DNA from: Lachnospiraceae bacterium
GTDB lineage: Bacteria; Bacillota; Clostridia; Lachnospirales; Lachnospiraceae
DNA length: 64,000 nucleotides
Assembly: GCA_015056765.1 (NCBI GenBank)
Contig: SVFQ01000009.1
Location: forward strand, 4,354 to 68,353
Reading direction: 5' to 3'
Translations under genes and position numbers: made by a program
In this document: in pieces, positions 1 through 10,378 of the stretch
Layout: each line of letters starts with the position of its first letter
Numbering within the stretch: position 1 is the first letter of the stretch
Notes under the pieces: model-generated
Seen by the model: the letters and a program-made list of their open reading frames with translations, nothing else
What the model was told of the DNA's origin: nothing
Database searches by the model: none

Positions 1-431
1 CTTCCATCTTCTGTCACTAAATCATAGGTTGTGGCAGTACCGAAGTCCATAACCAGTACAGGTCCGCCGTATTTTTCATAAGCGCCTACTGCATCCACAA
101 TACGGTCTGCACCGATTTCATTAGGATGTGCTGTAGCAATCTTGATGCCGGTCTTTACGCCCGGTCCCACAATAAGAGGATTCTTTCCAACATATTTCAC
201 CACAGCATTTACCAGAGAGTGCATGACATTTGGCACTACGCTGGCGATGATGACACCGCGAATATCTTTTAGCGTGATATTATTTTTATCAAGTAGTACC
301 GCAATATCCATACCGAATTCATCAGAAGTTCTGGTAGCTACTGTAGTAAGTCTAAAAGAGGTTTCCAGTCTTTCTCCATTGTACACGCCTACCGTTATGT
401 TGGTATTTCCCACATCGATTACAAGTAACAT
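1..431 (-). CDS. coaX: Type III pantothenate kinase, N-terminal ~143 codons (3' end lies beyond the window start)
   Basis: My reverse translation from the ATG at 431-429 reads [24 protein letters not shown]..., with the DxGNT phosphate-1 motif of ASKHA-fold CoaX. The frame stays open to position 1. It is absent from the ORF track because there is no stop in the window. Confidence 0.8.
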   Translation of the reverse strand, partial: MLLVIDVGNTNITVGVYNGERLETSFRLTTVATRTSDEFGMDIAVLLDKNNITLKDIRGVIIASVVPNVMHSLVNAVVKYVGKNPLIVGPGVKTGIKIATAHPNEIGADRIVDAVGAYEKYGGPVLVMDFGTATTYDLVTEDG

Positions 432-451
432 TTTATAAGCTCGCTTTCTTT

Positions 452-880
452 TTATTCTTCTTCCTGTGCCAGAAGTTGATTGATATCCTCATGCTTTACA
501 AACACTCTGTAGTAGAGCACCAAAGATTCCAAGAGTTCTTCTCTGGTGGACTTAATCTTTCGAACCATCAGTCCGCTGGAGATTTCGTCATAGTAGAAAT
601 CATCTTCCGCATATTCTGTATCTATGGAAAGTGCACCGTCTTCTTCGAAGACTAAGGTAATGACACCACCCACCTCTTCGGTAAAAAGAGTGCAAATGAT
701 ACGAAGTTCATCCTGAATGGACTTCGGAATTTTTTCAAAAATTGGATTAAAATAGTATTTCTGCTCATAGGCACTGGCGCCGCAAAGCACGATTCTGTTA
801 TCTGATTCTGCCATAACGTATTTCTTCTTTCTATCGCTTTCATCTGCGAATTCTAGCTCTGCAAAAGTTTGCCGCATCAT
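452..880 (-). CDS. Small acidic conserved hypothetical protein (142 aa) between birA and coaX
   Basis: ORF track. The start ATG overlaps the birA stop (TAATG, 878-882), which suggests translational coupling. An alternative start is M23 (814). No catalytic motif recognised. Confidence 0.55.
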   Translation of the reverse strand: MMRQTFAELEFADESDRKKKYVMAESDNRIVLCGASAYEQKYYFNPIFEKIPKSIQDELRIICTLFTEEVGGVITLVFEEDGALSIDTEYAEDDFYYDEISSGLMVRKIKSTREELLESLVLYYRVFVKHEDINQLLAQEEE

Positions 881-1866
881 TAGGTGTATCCGTACAAGCC
901 TCTTACAGACACCTCACCTGCATATACCTTCTGGATTCCGCTCTCTGTTTCCACCAAAAGATTACCCATTTCATCGATGCCCCTGGCAATGCCTTCGTAT
1001 TCGCCCTTTGGATCCAGGACTCGGACCTGGGCATTCTGATTCACCAGTTTAGCCTCGTATGCTTCCTTTAAGCCGGATAAATCTTCTGTTTTTTCAAAGA
1101 TTTCATAGTACTTTTCGAAGTAGTCCATGGTCTTTGCAATAGTCTCTGCTCTGCTGCAGGCATGGCCGCACTCTGTCTTGAGGCTGCCTGCCATGTCTCT
1201 GATTTCCTCTGCAAAATCTTCCGGAGGCGTATTGACATTGATGCCGGTTCCAATCACCACGTAGTGGATTAGGTCCATCTCGGCGCTCATTTCCGTCAAG
1301 GTACCTGTCACCTTTTTTCCATGAATGACAGTGTCATTGGGCCATTTAATCTTGGTCTCCTGTCCACACACATCCTCTATGGCTTCCGCCAAAGCAAGAC
1401 CCATCACAAGAGTCAACATGGAAGCTCTACCCGGATCCACCTTTGGTCTGCATAAAAGACTCATGGCAATGGTGGTACCACCCATCGTATCCCAGCTGTG
1501 GCCTCTTCTGCCACGACCGGCAGTCTGCTTATCTGCTACCACAAGAGTACCATGTACTGCGCCTTGCTCTCCAAGCTCTTTCGCATCGATATTGGTAGAT
1601 GCTGTCACATCTTTATATACCAGGTTTTGTCCTGCCCACTTGGTATGAAGCCTTTCGCGGATTTCGGTCTCATTCAGTACATCTGTGTCATCCACCAACT
1701 TATAGCCTTTATTTTGCACAGACTGAATGAGGTATCCACCATTTTTCAGCTTCTGGATTGCCTTCCAGACTGCTGTTCTGGATACCCCAAACTTCTCGCA
1801 CAATTCCTGTCCGGAAATATAGTCTTTACTTGCTTTTAATTCTGCTAATAGTTCTTCTTGAAACAC
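880..1866 (-). CDS. birA: Bifunctional biotin-[acetyl-CoA-carboxylase] ligase / biotin operon repressor (class II BirA)
   Basis: N-terminal winged HTH (ELCEKFGVSRTAVWKAIQKL) plus a ligase core with the GRGRRGHSW motif. 328 aa. Confidence 0.9.
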   Translation of the reverse strand: MFQEELLAELKASKDYISGQELCEKFGVSRTAVWKAIQKLKNGGYLIQSVQNKGYKLVDDTDVLNETEIRERLHTKWAGQNLVYKDVTASTNIDAKELGEQGAVHGTLVVADKQTAGRGRRGHSWDTMGGTTIAMSLLCRPKVDPGRASMLTLVMGLALAEAIEDVCGQETKIKWPNDTVIHGKKVTGTLTEMSAEMDLIHYVVIGTGINVNTPPEDFAEEIRDMAGSLKTECGHACSRAETIAKTMDYFEKYYEIFEKTEDLSGLKEAYEAKLVNQNAQVRVLDPKGEYEGIARGIDEMGNLLVETESGIQKVYAGEVSVRGLYGYT

Positions 1867-1906
1867 GTTACATCTTCAGAAGCTGACGCTTCTTGCCCTA
1901 TCTTTC

Positions 1907-2905
1907 TTAAAACTCTGCCCCTAATGTAGCAGCCATTACCGCCTTGATGGTGTGCATGCGATTCTCCGCTTCGTCAAAGACGATGGACTGTGCAGATTCA
2001 AATACTTCATCTGTCACTTCCAAATCATCGAAGCCGAACTTCTCGCCCTGCTCTTTCCCCACCTTGGTCTTTAAATCATGGAATGCCGGCAGGCAGTGCA
2101 TGAAGACTGCTGTTTCTCCTGCATTCTTCATCACCTGTGCTGTAACTTTGTATGGTGTAAGCTTTCCAATGCGCTCTTCCCAGGCTTCATCCGGCTCTCC
2201 CATGGATACCCACACATCTGTGTAGATTACATCCACATCTTTGGTACCCTTTTCTACGTCGGACTCCAGGCGGATGCTACCACCGTTTTCAGCGGCGATT
2301 GTTTCACACTGTGCTACCAGTTCCTTGTTCGGGAAGAATTCCGGGGTGGTGCAAGCAGTGAAATGCATGCCCATTTTGGCACATACTACCATCAGGGAAT
2401 TGCCCATATTATATCTGGCGTCTCCCATGTAAGTCAGTTTTACCCCTTTGATTCTGCCCAGGTGCTCCTGTATCGTCAGAAGGTCTGCCAGCATCTGGGT
2501 AGGGTGAAACTCATTGGTCAGGCCGTTCCATACCGGCACCTTAGAGTACTTTGCCAGTTCCTCTACGATATCCTGTCCAAAGCCCCTGTATTCGATACCA
2601 TCGTACATACCTGCCAACACTCTGGCAGTATCTGCGATGCTTTCCTTTTTCCCAATCTGAGATCCGGTAGGGTCCAGGTAAGTAGTTCCCATACCCAGGT
2701 CATGGGCTGCCACTTCAAAGGCACATCTGGTTCTGGTAGAAGTCTTTTCGAAAATCAGTGCCACGTTCTTTCCTCTGAGAACGTCCACCGGTTCGCCGGC
2801 TTTCTTCTTGGCTTTTAGCTTCGCAGCCAAATCCACCAGATACTGAATCTCCTCCGGGGTATAGTCCAATAATTTCAGAAAATCTTTTCCAATCAATGAT
2901 TTCAT
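1907..2905 (-). CDS. argF: Ornithine carbamoyltransferase
   Basis: STRTR, HPTQ, DVWVSMG and HCLP signature motifs. 332 aa. Confidence 0.9.
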   Translation of the reverse strand: MKSLIGKDFLKLLDYTPEEIQYLVDLAAKLKAKKKAGEPVDVLRGKNVALIFEKTSTRTRCAFEVAAHDLGMGTTYLDPTGSQIGKKESIADTARVLAGMYDGIEYRGFGQDIVEELAKYSKVPVWNGLTNEFHPTQMLADLLTIQEHLGRIKGVKLTYMGDARYNMGNSLMVVCAKMGMHFTACTTPEFFPNKELVAQCETIAAENGGSIRLESDVEKGTKDVDVIYTDVWVSMGEPDEAWEERIGKLTPYKVTAQVMKNAGETAVFMHCLPAFHDLKTKVGKEQGEKFGFDDLEVTDEVFESAQSIVFDEAENRMHTIKAVMAATLGAEF

Positions 2906-2958
2906 AACAAGCTCCTCACTTCCTGTTTTGATCTGTTTCCTCTGGTTATATCTGAAAC

Positions 2959-3909
2959 TTATTCAGTTTTAGAATGATTCTCCTGCTGAATGCCTAAGGC
3001 ATCTCCTGCAATTCCTAAGCTAGAGATGGCTTTGCTTAAGTCATTCGGCACATAAATCTTGGTAGCCTGTCCGTTGGCTACATCTTTTAAGGCCTCCAAG
3101 CCTTTTAAGCGAAGTACGCTCTCATCCATCTTGGCTTCGCGAAGCATCTCCAAGCCTTTGGCTTCTGCTTCATATACCATCTGGATGGCTTTTGCTTTAC
3201 CTTCTGCATAGGCAATCTGTGCATCTCTTTCTGCTTCTGCACTCAGGACTTTTGCCTTCTTATCACCTTCTGCGCGGCTGACTACTGCTTCCTGGTGTGC
3301 TTTTGCTTCTAAGACGGTCTGACGTCTCTCACGCTCTGCACGCATCTGTTTGGTCATAACCTCTTCGATTTCAGCAGGTGGCTGGATATTCTTCAGCTCC
3401 ACACGAGTTACCTTGATACCCCAGGCATCTGTAGCTTCATCCAGAATCGCTTCCAGCTTCTGGTTGATCTGGTCACGGCTTGTCAGGGTCTGGTCAAGCT
3501 CCATATCACCGATGATATTACGCAAAGTAGTAGCTGATAAGTTCTGCAGACCTGCGATAGGATTCTCTGCGCCATAGGTATACAGCTTTGGATCGTATAC
3601 TTTTTCAAAGACAACGCTATCGATGAGCATGGTAACATTATCCTTTGTAATAACAGGCTGTGGTGGAAAATCCAGCACCTGTTCCTTCAAGGAGATACGT
3701 TTTGCAACGCGGTCGATAAAAGGAATCATGATATGCAATCCTGCTTCCCAAGTACCGGCATACTTACCAAGTCGCTCGATAATGTACGCATGTCCCTGTG
3801 GCACAATACGTAAGCCAAATACTACAAGAATCACTACGATAGCCAATAATGTAATCCATACACCAGTCATAACATTCCCTCCTGTATACACTTGTCCCTG
3901 CGCAGCCAT
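2959..3909 (-). CDS. SPFH/band-7 (stomatin/prohibitin-like) membrane protein
   Basis: N-terminal TM helix, then an SPFH core ([16 protein letters not shown]...VITKDNV) and an Ala/Glu-rich coiled-coil tail. The start may be M14. Confidence 0.85.
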   Translation of the reverse strand: MAAQGQVYTGGNVMTGVWITLLAIVVILVVFGLRIVPQGHAYIIERLGKYAGTWEAGLHIMIPFIDRVAKRISLKEQVLDFPPQPVITKDNVTMLIDSVVFEKVYDPKLYTYGAENPIAGLQNLSATTLRNIIGDMELDQTLTSRDQINQKLEAILDEATDAWGIKVTRVELKNIQPPAEIEEVMTKQMRAERERRQTVLEAKAHQEAVVSRAEGDKKAKVLSAEAERDAQIAYAEGKAKAIQMVYEAEAKGLEMLREAKMDESVLRLKGLEALKDVANGQATKIYVPNDLSKAISSLGIAGDALGIQQENHSKTE

Positions 3910-3942
3910 CCTCTTCGGCGCGCTCTTACGCTCATTCTACCA

Positions 3943-3978
3943 TAAAAAAAACTACCCTGCATCAAGCAGAGTAGTTTA
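3943..3978 (-). terminator. Terminator after the SleB-like gene
   Basis: Minus strand reads AAACTAC-N15-GTAGTTT followed by T8. Confidence 0.6.
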
Positions 3979-3992
3979 GATTCTCTATGAAA

Positions 3993-4697
3993 TTAATAGA
4001 ATACCTGACGGCCAATCTGAAGTCCACCGGAAGAACCTGCATGGAAATGTAAAAGCCCGCCTGTATTGTCCATACCCTGGAATGCTGCAAGTGCTGCATC
4101 AAGGCAAGACTGCTTGATGTTGCCTGTAGCAAGTCTATTGGCTACAGAACCTCTACCTGCCGGTGTGAACTGTCCTGGCTGATAGATAACGCTGTGGATA
4201 TCATTTGGATATCTGTCAGACTTCACACGGTTCATAACTACCGCGCCAACAGCAATCTGACCTTCGATTGGTTCGCTACCTGCTTCGCAATGAATCAGGG
4301 CAGCAAGCTCACGAATCGACTCCTGCTGAAGAAGGGCTTCTCTGGCAAGTCTCTCTGCCTCAGCCTTCTCTAAGCTGGAATTGATCACTTCTTCATTATG
4401 CTCAACGTACTCGTAGTAGATATAACCTACAGTACCGAGATGGTTTACTTTAACCCAAATGTCTTCGATGCCTTCTACAGTACATACACTGTTTGCAGGC
4501 AATGTAGCTACAACTGTGGAATACTGATCAGCTGCAACATACATATTCACTTCCTGATAAGAAATGGTGTTCACATAAGAGCCGGTTGCGTAATTTGGAA
4601 CGCCGGCCGCGTAAGCCTCTGTCTTAGGGGTTACGGAAATCACTACCGCAATTAGACAAGCTATCAGGACAGCGAATAATTTCTTGTTCTGAAACAT
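3993..4697 (-). CDS. Secreted cell-wall hydrolase, SleB/Hydrolase_2 family, with an SH3b-like domain
   Basis: Signal peptide (LIACLIAVVISV), an SH3-like segment, and a C-terminal HCEAGSEP...VVMNRV...IYQPGQF motif set. Confidence 0.75.
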   Translation of the reverse strand: MFQNKKLFAVLIACLIAVVISVTPKTEAYAAGVPNYATGSYVNTISYQEVNMYVAADQYSTVVATLPANSVCTVEGIEDIWVKVNHLGTVGYIYYEYVEHNEEVINSSLEKAEAERLAREALLQQESIRELAALIHCEAGSEPIEGQIAVGAVVMNRVKSDRYPNDIHSVIYQPGQFTPAGRGSVANRLATGNIKQSCLDAALAAFQGMDNTGGLLHFHAGSSGGLQIGRQVFY

Positions 4698-4741
4698 AAA
4701 TCTCTCCTAATTGTTACAATTTGTTACGTGCTACCTTAGAA

Positions 4742-4770
4742 ATAATAGCAGAACTGTTACGGCTTGTCAA
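4742..4770 (-). promoter_or_regulatory. Sigma-A-type promoter of the SleB-like gene
   Basis: Minus strand reads TTGACA (4770-4765), 17-nt spacer, TATTAT (4747-4742). Confidence 0.5.
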
Positions 4771-4795
4771 ATTTGCTTAACAATTTCTTAATATT

Positions 4796-5608
4796 TTACT
4801 CCAGGCGTCTTTGTCTTGCAGCCTCAAAACTCAGTAAAGATGCGGCTATTCCGGCATTTAGGCTTTCCAGTTTTCCCAGCATAGGAATGATGACATAGGA
4901 ATCTGCTTTTTGAGCCGTTTCTTCTTTCAATCCATTTCCTTCATTTCCAATCAGAAACGCAGTCGGTTTTGTATAGTCAAAATCCTCATAGGCTTTCTTT
5001 CCTGCCAGGTGTGCTGCATATACCTGCACCCCTGCCGCCTGTGCCTTTTGGATTGCTTCACCAAAATCCTCTACATAGGTAAAAGGCATGCGGAAAATAG
5101 AACCCATGGTGGAGCGTACTGTCTTTGGATTATACAGGTCTACGCACCCTTTGCTCAGGATGACTCCTGTGACCCCTGCCCCTTCCGCAGAGCGCATGAT
5201 GGTGCCCAGATTTCCGGGATCCTGTACATCTTCCAACATGAGTAGAAGAGGCTGCGCCTCATTTCCTTTTGAAGACGCTGCTTTTCCCTGCAGGATTTCT
5301 TCTAACGTATACTTGCTCTGCTTTACTACTGCCAGCACCCCTTGAGGCGTTTTTGTGTCTGATAACTTGGTAAAAAGCGCATCCGAAAGAACTGTGAAGA
5401 GAAGGCCCTGCATCTGTTCTTCTCCGTTTTTCTGTAAATAGGATTCTGAGCAGACAATTTCCTTGGTCAGTTCCTTTGGAACCTCAGAAAAAATTCTGGT
5501 TCCTTCTATAATAAAAAGACCACTTTCTTTTCTGGCTTTGGACTTCTCCAAAAGCGCGGTCAATTCTTTATATTTTCCATTGGATGAGCTTGTGATGATA
5601 TTGCACAT
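4796..5608 (-). CDS. TrmH/SpoU-family RNA 2'-O-methyltransferase
   Basis: QDPGNLGTIMRSAEGAG and LESLNAGIAASL SPOUT motifs. Start chosen at M9 (5608) because AAAGGA lies 7 nt upstream. The ORF track start at 5632 is possible. Confidence 0.8.
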   Translation of the reverse strand: MCNIITSSSNGKYKELTALLEKSKARKESGLFIIEGTRIFSEVPKELTKEIVCSESYLQKNGEEQMQGLLFTVLSDALFTKLSDTKTPQGVLAVVKQSKYTLEEILQGKAASSKGNEAQPLLLMLEDVQDPGNLGTIMRSAEGAGVTGVILSKGCVDLYNPKTVRSTMGSIFRMPFTYVEDFGEAIQKAQAAGVQVYAAHLAGKKAYEDFDYTKPTAFLIGNEGNGLKEETAQKADSYVIIPMLGKLESLNAGIAASLLSFEAARQRRLE

Positions 5609-5642
5609 TTGAGTTTCCTTTCGCTTCGTCATCCTATCTCAA

Positions 5643-5680
5643 CAAAAATCCCACGTCCATTGTAACATAGACGTGGGATG
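5643..5680 (-). terminator. Terminator after pfkA
   Basis: Minus strand reads ATCCCACGTC-N12-GACGTGGGAT followed by TTTTTG. Confidence 0.75.
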
Positions 5681-5686
5681 AAATAA

Positions 5687-6655
5687 CTAAATTATATTGG
5701 ACACTTCAACTGTGTATGGATCCAAATCCTTCTGCATGCTCAATGCTTCCTCGATATCATAGTCAACGAACTGGCCGTTCCTGTAAGCTACGATTCTGTT
5801 GGTCTTGCCTTCGCAAAGAATGTCAGCAGCCTTTGCACCCATAATAGATGCATATACACGGTCTTTACAGGTAGGTGAACCACCACGCTGCATGTAACCT
5901 AAGATAGTAGCTCTTGTCTCAATACCGGTAGCAGCTTCGATTCTCTTCGCCATGGAAGTAGAATGACCGATACCCTCTGCATTGATGATAAGGTGATGCT
6001 GTTTACCTCTCTTACGACCTGCGATGATGTTGTTGATGATTCTCTGCTCATCGTAGTCATAGTTCTCAGGTAAAAGAATATCTTCTGCACCATTGGCAAT
6101 ACCGCACCATAATGCGATATAACCTGCGTTACGACCCATAACCTCTACGATGGAGCAACGCTCGTGAGATGTAGAAGTATCACGAATCTTATCGATAGCA
6201 TCCATAGCTGTATTGATAGCTGTATCGAAACCGATTGTATAATCTGTACAAGCGATATCCAAATCGATCGTACCAGGAAGACCTACTGTATTGATTCCGT
6301 TACGAGATAAAGCCTGCGCACCACGGTAAGAACCGTCACCACCGATTACGACGATACCGTCAATACCATGCTTACGGCAGATATCAGCGCCTTCTTTCTG
6401 TACTTCAGGCTGTTTGAACTCTAAGCATCTAGCTGTACCAAGGATGGTACCACCACGCTGAATAATATCAGAAACGCTACTTGGTCCCATATCGATGAAC
6501 TCCTCATTCAACAGACCGGCATAGCCTCTTTTGATTCCCTTTACACTTACTCCGTTTTTAATCGCTTTACGAACAACCGCTCGGATTGCAGCATTCATAC
6601 CAGGTGCATCTCCACCACTGGTAAGTACAGCGATAGTTTTGATTTCTTTAGACAT
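5687..6655 (-). CDS. pfkA: ATP-dependent 6-phosphofructokinase
   Basis: GGDAPGMNAAIR, IGGDGS, PGTIDLD and MGR motifs. 322 aa. Confidence 0.92.
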   Translation of the reverse strand: MSKEIKTIAVLTSGGDAPGMNAAIRAVVRKAIKNGVSVKGIKRGYAGLLNEEFIDMGPSSVSDIIQRGGTILGTARCLEFKQPEVQKEGADICRKHGIDGIVVIGGDGSYRGAQALSRNGINTVGLPGTIDLDIACTDYTIGFDTAINTAMDAIDKIRDTSTSHERCSIVEVMGRNAGYIALWCGIANGAEDILLPENYDYDEQRIINNIIAGRKRGKQHHLIINAEGIGHSTSMAKRIEAATGIETRATILGYMQRGGSPTCKDRVYASIMGAKAADILCEGKTNRIVAYRNGQFVDYDIEEALSMQKDLDPYTVEVSNII

Positions 6656-6777
6656 TGTGTTCCTCCTGTCTATCTATCCCTTATCGATTTCCTGCTTATA
6701 ACCTAAACTTCATCTTAATATTTTTTTTTTTATTTTTCAATGGTTTTTTGCTCATTTTGCGGGCTTTTCCGTAACTT

Positions 6778-9700
6778 TTATACCAGTTTTATATTCTCTT
6801 TACCAAATCTGGCCTGCAAAGCCAGTACAAGGGCCTCATCCGCCTGCACCCTCTGGTTAGGTGGCAGCTTGCGAACCTGCTTGGTATCGGTGATATAAAT
6901 GGCTACATTATCCTTACCATCTGAGCTATGAAGTGCTTCAAAGAGTTCTTTTTCTCCGGCTTCGTATTCTTCCATATTAGAGAACTGTACCCATAGTGTA
7001 CGAGGTTTATCTTCAAAGCTTTCGATTTGCTGTGCAATCAGTTTCGCATCCTTTCCTTCTTCTAAGGATACTCTGCCTCGTATGAAGACTTTACTTTCTT
7101 CCTTTAATTTAGACTGATACGCTTCATAAGTCTTCGGAAATACGATTACTTCCACCACACCATATAAATCTTCTAATGTAACAAAAGCCATCACCTGGCC
7201 ATTCTTGGTGTACTTAATCTTTTTCTCCGCCACCATACCGCCAATGGTAACCATGGCATTATCCTGGAGTTTGGATTCCTGGGTCACATCAAAAGCGATA
7301 TTAGATAAGGAAACGTCTTCTTCCTCATCTGCCCGGAAATCCAATGTGGTATTGGTGATATTTTTACGCCATAGTTTTTCGTATTCCTGAATGGGATGAC
7401 CGCTGATATATACCCCAAGCACTTCCTTTTCCATGGAAAGTAGGGTTTCTTTTTCGTACTCTCCCACATCCGGGAAGCTGACTTGATAACTCTGTTTTTC
7501 TTCAGCTCCCATGAAATCAAATAGAGACATTTGACCCTCGATGCCGGAGTGCTTCTTAGAATGAATGTCATCCATTACTTTTTCGAAAACACCCATCTGC
7601 TGCTTCCGGGTTCCACCAAGGCTGTCTAAGGCACCGGCTTTGATAAAGTTCTCTACAGCTTTCTTATTCACAGCCTTCTCTGCTTTGGACATACGCTCTA
7701 AGAAATCGTAGAAATCTGTAAATCTACCATTGGTATTACGTTCCTCAACGATGGCCTCGATGACAGGAAGGCCTACACTCTTAATGGCAGTCAGCGCATA
7801 TCTGATTTTTCCATCCGACACAGAGAAGCTTACTTCACCTTCATTCACGTCCGGCGGAAGCATCTCAATACCCATAGCCTTACAGCCGGCAATATACTCA
7901 GAAACCTTTACCGGGTTATCGATAACAGATGTCATTAATGCAGCCATGAATTCTACCGGATAATAACATTTCAGGTAGGCTGTCTGATAAGAAACCACAG
8001 CATAGCATGCTGCATGTGATTTATTAAATGCATATTTAGCAAAATCCATCATCTTGGCAAATATGCGTTTTCCGACCTCTTCCGAGATACCTTTTGACAT
8101 ACATCCGGGAATGTTCTTCTCCGGATTACCATAAATGAAATCGTGCTGTGCTTCTTCCATGACATGCTGCTTTTTCTTACTCATGGCACGGCGCACATTA
8201 TCACTTTCACCTAGAGAGAATCCACCCAGATCACGAACAATCTGCATTACCTGCTCCTGATATACGATACAACCGTAAGTAGGAGAAAGAATCGGCTCTA
8301 ATTCCGGGCAATCGTATACGATGTTTTCAGGATTATTCTTACCTTCTATATAGAGCGGGATGAAGTCCATTGGGCCCGGTCGATACAAGGAGATACCGGC
8401 GATGACATCCTCCAAACTCTGGGGACGCAGGTCCTTCATGAAGTTCTTCATACCGGCACTCTCTAATTGGAAGACGCCCTCTGTCTTACCGGTTCCAATC
8501 AGGTCCAAAACCTTCTGATCATGGTAATCGATATTCAGCATATCCAGCTTGATGCCATAATCCTTCTCAATCAGTCTGGTGGCATCCTGGATGACAGTCA
8601 GGTTACGCAGTCCCAGGAAGTCCATCTTCAAAAGTCCCAGTTCTTCAATGGTGGTCATGGTGAACTGAGTGGTAATGGAACCATCCTGTGCTCTGGAAAG
8701 AGGTACCAGGTCCTCCGCCGGCGCGGAACAAATTACGACACCTGCAGCGTGCATACCGGTATTACGAGGAAGTCCCTCTAATCTCTTGCTTAAATCAATC
8801 AGGGTCCGGACTTGCGGGTCCGTTTCATATTGGTTTCTTAAATCTGCATTTAATTCTAGCGCTCTATCAAGCGTAATGTTGAGTTCATTAGGCACCATTT
8901 TGGCAATGGAATCCACATAGCTATAAGGATAGTCCAGTACACGTCCTACATCACGGATGACCCCTTTTGCCAAAAGACGGCCGAAGGTGACGATCTGTAC
9001 AACCTTCTCATCTCCATACTTTTCACGTACATAGTCGATGACTTTTCCTCGTCCCTGTGGCTCGAAGTCCACGTCGATATCGGGCATGGATACACGTTCC
9101 GGATTCAGGAATCGCTCGAAAATTAGGCTGTACTTGATTGGGTCGATATCTGTAATACGTAAGCAATAGGATACGATGGAACCTGCTGCAGAACCACGTC
9201 CCGGCCCTACTGGAATATCATGTTCCTTCGCGTAATTGATGTAATCCCAAACAATCAGGAAGTAATCCACATACCCCATATTTTTAATGGTATTTAACTC
9301 ATAGGTAAGACGTTCTCTGTGAGTCTCTGCCTCTTCTCCATAGCGTTCTTTCAGGCCTTTTTCACACAGATACTGTAAGTAAGTCCAGGAGTCATACCCC
9401 TCCGGCACTTCGAAAAATGGCAGTTTGGTATGGCCAAACTCAATCTCCACATGGCATCTGTCTGCAATAGCCTGGGTATTCTCCAGCGCTTGCAGTGCAT
9501 ATGGAAAGAGTGCTCGCATCTCCTGCTCACTCTTCACGTAGTACTGTCCACCTTCATAGCGCATACGGTCGGTATCCGCCAGTTTCTTACCGGTCTGCAG
9601 GCATAGAAGTACATCATGTGGCTCAGCATCGCTGGCATAGGTATAGTGACAATCATTGGTACAAACCAGTGGAATATCCAGTTCCTGGCTTAGGGCCATA

Positions 9701-10269
9701 AGACCTGCATTCACAGTCCTCTGCTCCGGAATTCCATGGTCCTGCAATTCCAGGAAATAATTACCCTTACCGAAGATTTCCTGATAATGAAGAGCCGCTT
9801 TCTTAGCCTCATCCATCATGCCTCGGACGATCCACTTCTGTACTTCACCGGCCAGACAAGCAGAAAGGCAAATGATACCTTCATGGAACTCTTCTAATAG
9901 CTCATAGTCCACACGAGGCTTATAGTAGAATCCCTCGGTATGTCCACGGCTTACAATCTTGGATAAATTTTCATAACCAGTGTTATTTTCTGCCAGTAGG
10001 ACCAGGTGATAGTATCTGTCATCTCCCGCTCCCATCTCTCTATCGAAACGGCTTCCCGGTGCTACATATACTTCGCATCCCAGCACCGGATTGATACCTT
10101 CCGCTTTACAAGCTCTATAGAAATCGATGACACCGTACATCACACCATGATCCGTAATGGCAGCTGCATTCATCCCCAGTTCTTTCACACGCTTTACGTA
10201 TTCAGTTATCTTGTTAGATCCATCCAGCAAACTGTATTCTGTATGGGTATGTAAGTGTACGAATGCCAT
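6778..10269 (-). CDS. dnaE: DNA polymerase III alpha subunit, DnaE type
   Basis: N-terminal PHP domain (HLHTHTEYSLLDGS), pol IIIa core, HhH and a C-terminal OB fold. 1163 aa. Confidence 0.95.
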   Translation of the reverse strand: MAFVHLHTHTEYSLLDGSNKITEYVKRVKELGMNAAAITDHGVMYGVIDFYRACKAEGINPVLGCEVYVAPGSRFDREMGAGDDRYYHLVLLAENNTGYENLSKIVSRGHTEGFYYKPRVDYELLEEFHEGIICLSACLAGEVQKWIVRGMMDEAKKAALHYQEIFGKGNYFLELQDHGIPEQRTVNAGLMALSQELDIPLVCTNDCHYTYASDAEPHDVLLCLQTGKKLADTDRMRYEGGQYYVKSEQEMRALFPYALQALENTQAIADRCHVEIEFGHTKLPFFEVPEGYDSWTYLQYLCEKGLKERYGEEAETHRERLTYELNTIKNMGYVDYFLIVWDYINYAKEHDIPVGPGRGSAAGSIVSYCLRITDIDPIKYSLIFERFLNPERVSMPDIDVDFEPQGRGKVIDYVREKYGDEKVVQIVTFGRLLAKGVIRDVGRVLDYPYSYVDSIAKMVPNELNITLDRALELNADLRNQYETDPQVRTLIDLSKRLEGLPRNTGMHAAGVVICSAPAEDLVPLSRAQDGSITTQFTMTTIEELGLLKMDFLGLRNLTVIQDATRLIEKDYGIKLDMLNIDYHDQKVLDLIGTGKTEGVFQLESAGMKNFMKDLRPQSLEDVIAGISLYRPGPMDFIPLYIEGKNNPENIVYDCPELEPILSPTYGCIVYQEQVMQIVRDLGGFSLGESDNVRRAMSKKKQHVMEEAQHDFIYGNPEKNIPGCMSKGISEEVGKRIFAKMMDFAKYAFNKSHAACYAVVSYQTAYLKCYYPVEFMAALMTSVIDNPVKVSEYIAGCKAMGIEMLPPDVNEGEVSFSVSDGKIRYALTAIKSVGLPVIEAIVEERNTNGRFTDFYDFLERMSKAEKAVNKKAVENFIKAGALDSLGGTRKQQMGVFEKVMDDIHSKKHSGIEGQMSLFDFMGAEEKQSYQVSFPDVGEYEKETLLSMEKEVLGVYISGHPIQEYEKLWRKNITNTTLDFRADEEEDVSLSNIAFDVTQESKLQDNAMVTIGGMVAEKKIKYTKNGQVMAFVTLEDLYGVVEVIVFPKTYEAYQSKLKEESKVFIRGRVSLEEGKDAKLIAQQIESFEDKPRTLWVQFSNMEEYEAGEKELFEALHSSDGKDNVAIYITDTKQVRKLPPNQRVQADEALVLALQARFGKENIKLV

Positions 10270-10378
10270 GATTCACTCCCGTTTTTAGTACTTTTCTCCC
10301 GTGATTGCCTTACTGCTTGGTCCCCACAAAAGGGTTCCTTGTCAGATGGTCTTATTTATTTAAGCTATAGTGTCAGGC

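Noticed and set aside
1867-1906. Looked for a BirA operator (inverted TGTTAACC-type repeat) upstream of birA
   Set aside because: No inverted repeat is present. birA probably reads through from argF.
2078-2818. 246-aa plus-strand ORF
   Set aside because: It is entirely antisense to argF, which has unmistakable OTCase motifs. It has no RBS and a Cys/His/Phe-rich composition typical of a shadow ORF.
6721-6731. T11 homopolymer between dnaE and pfkA as a possible phase-variation tract
   Set aside because: It lies in an AT-rich spacer between two housekeeping genes. I see no promoter hexamers whose spacing it would alter, and there is no coding consequence.
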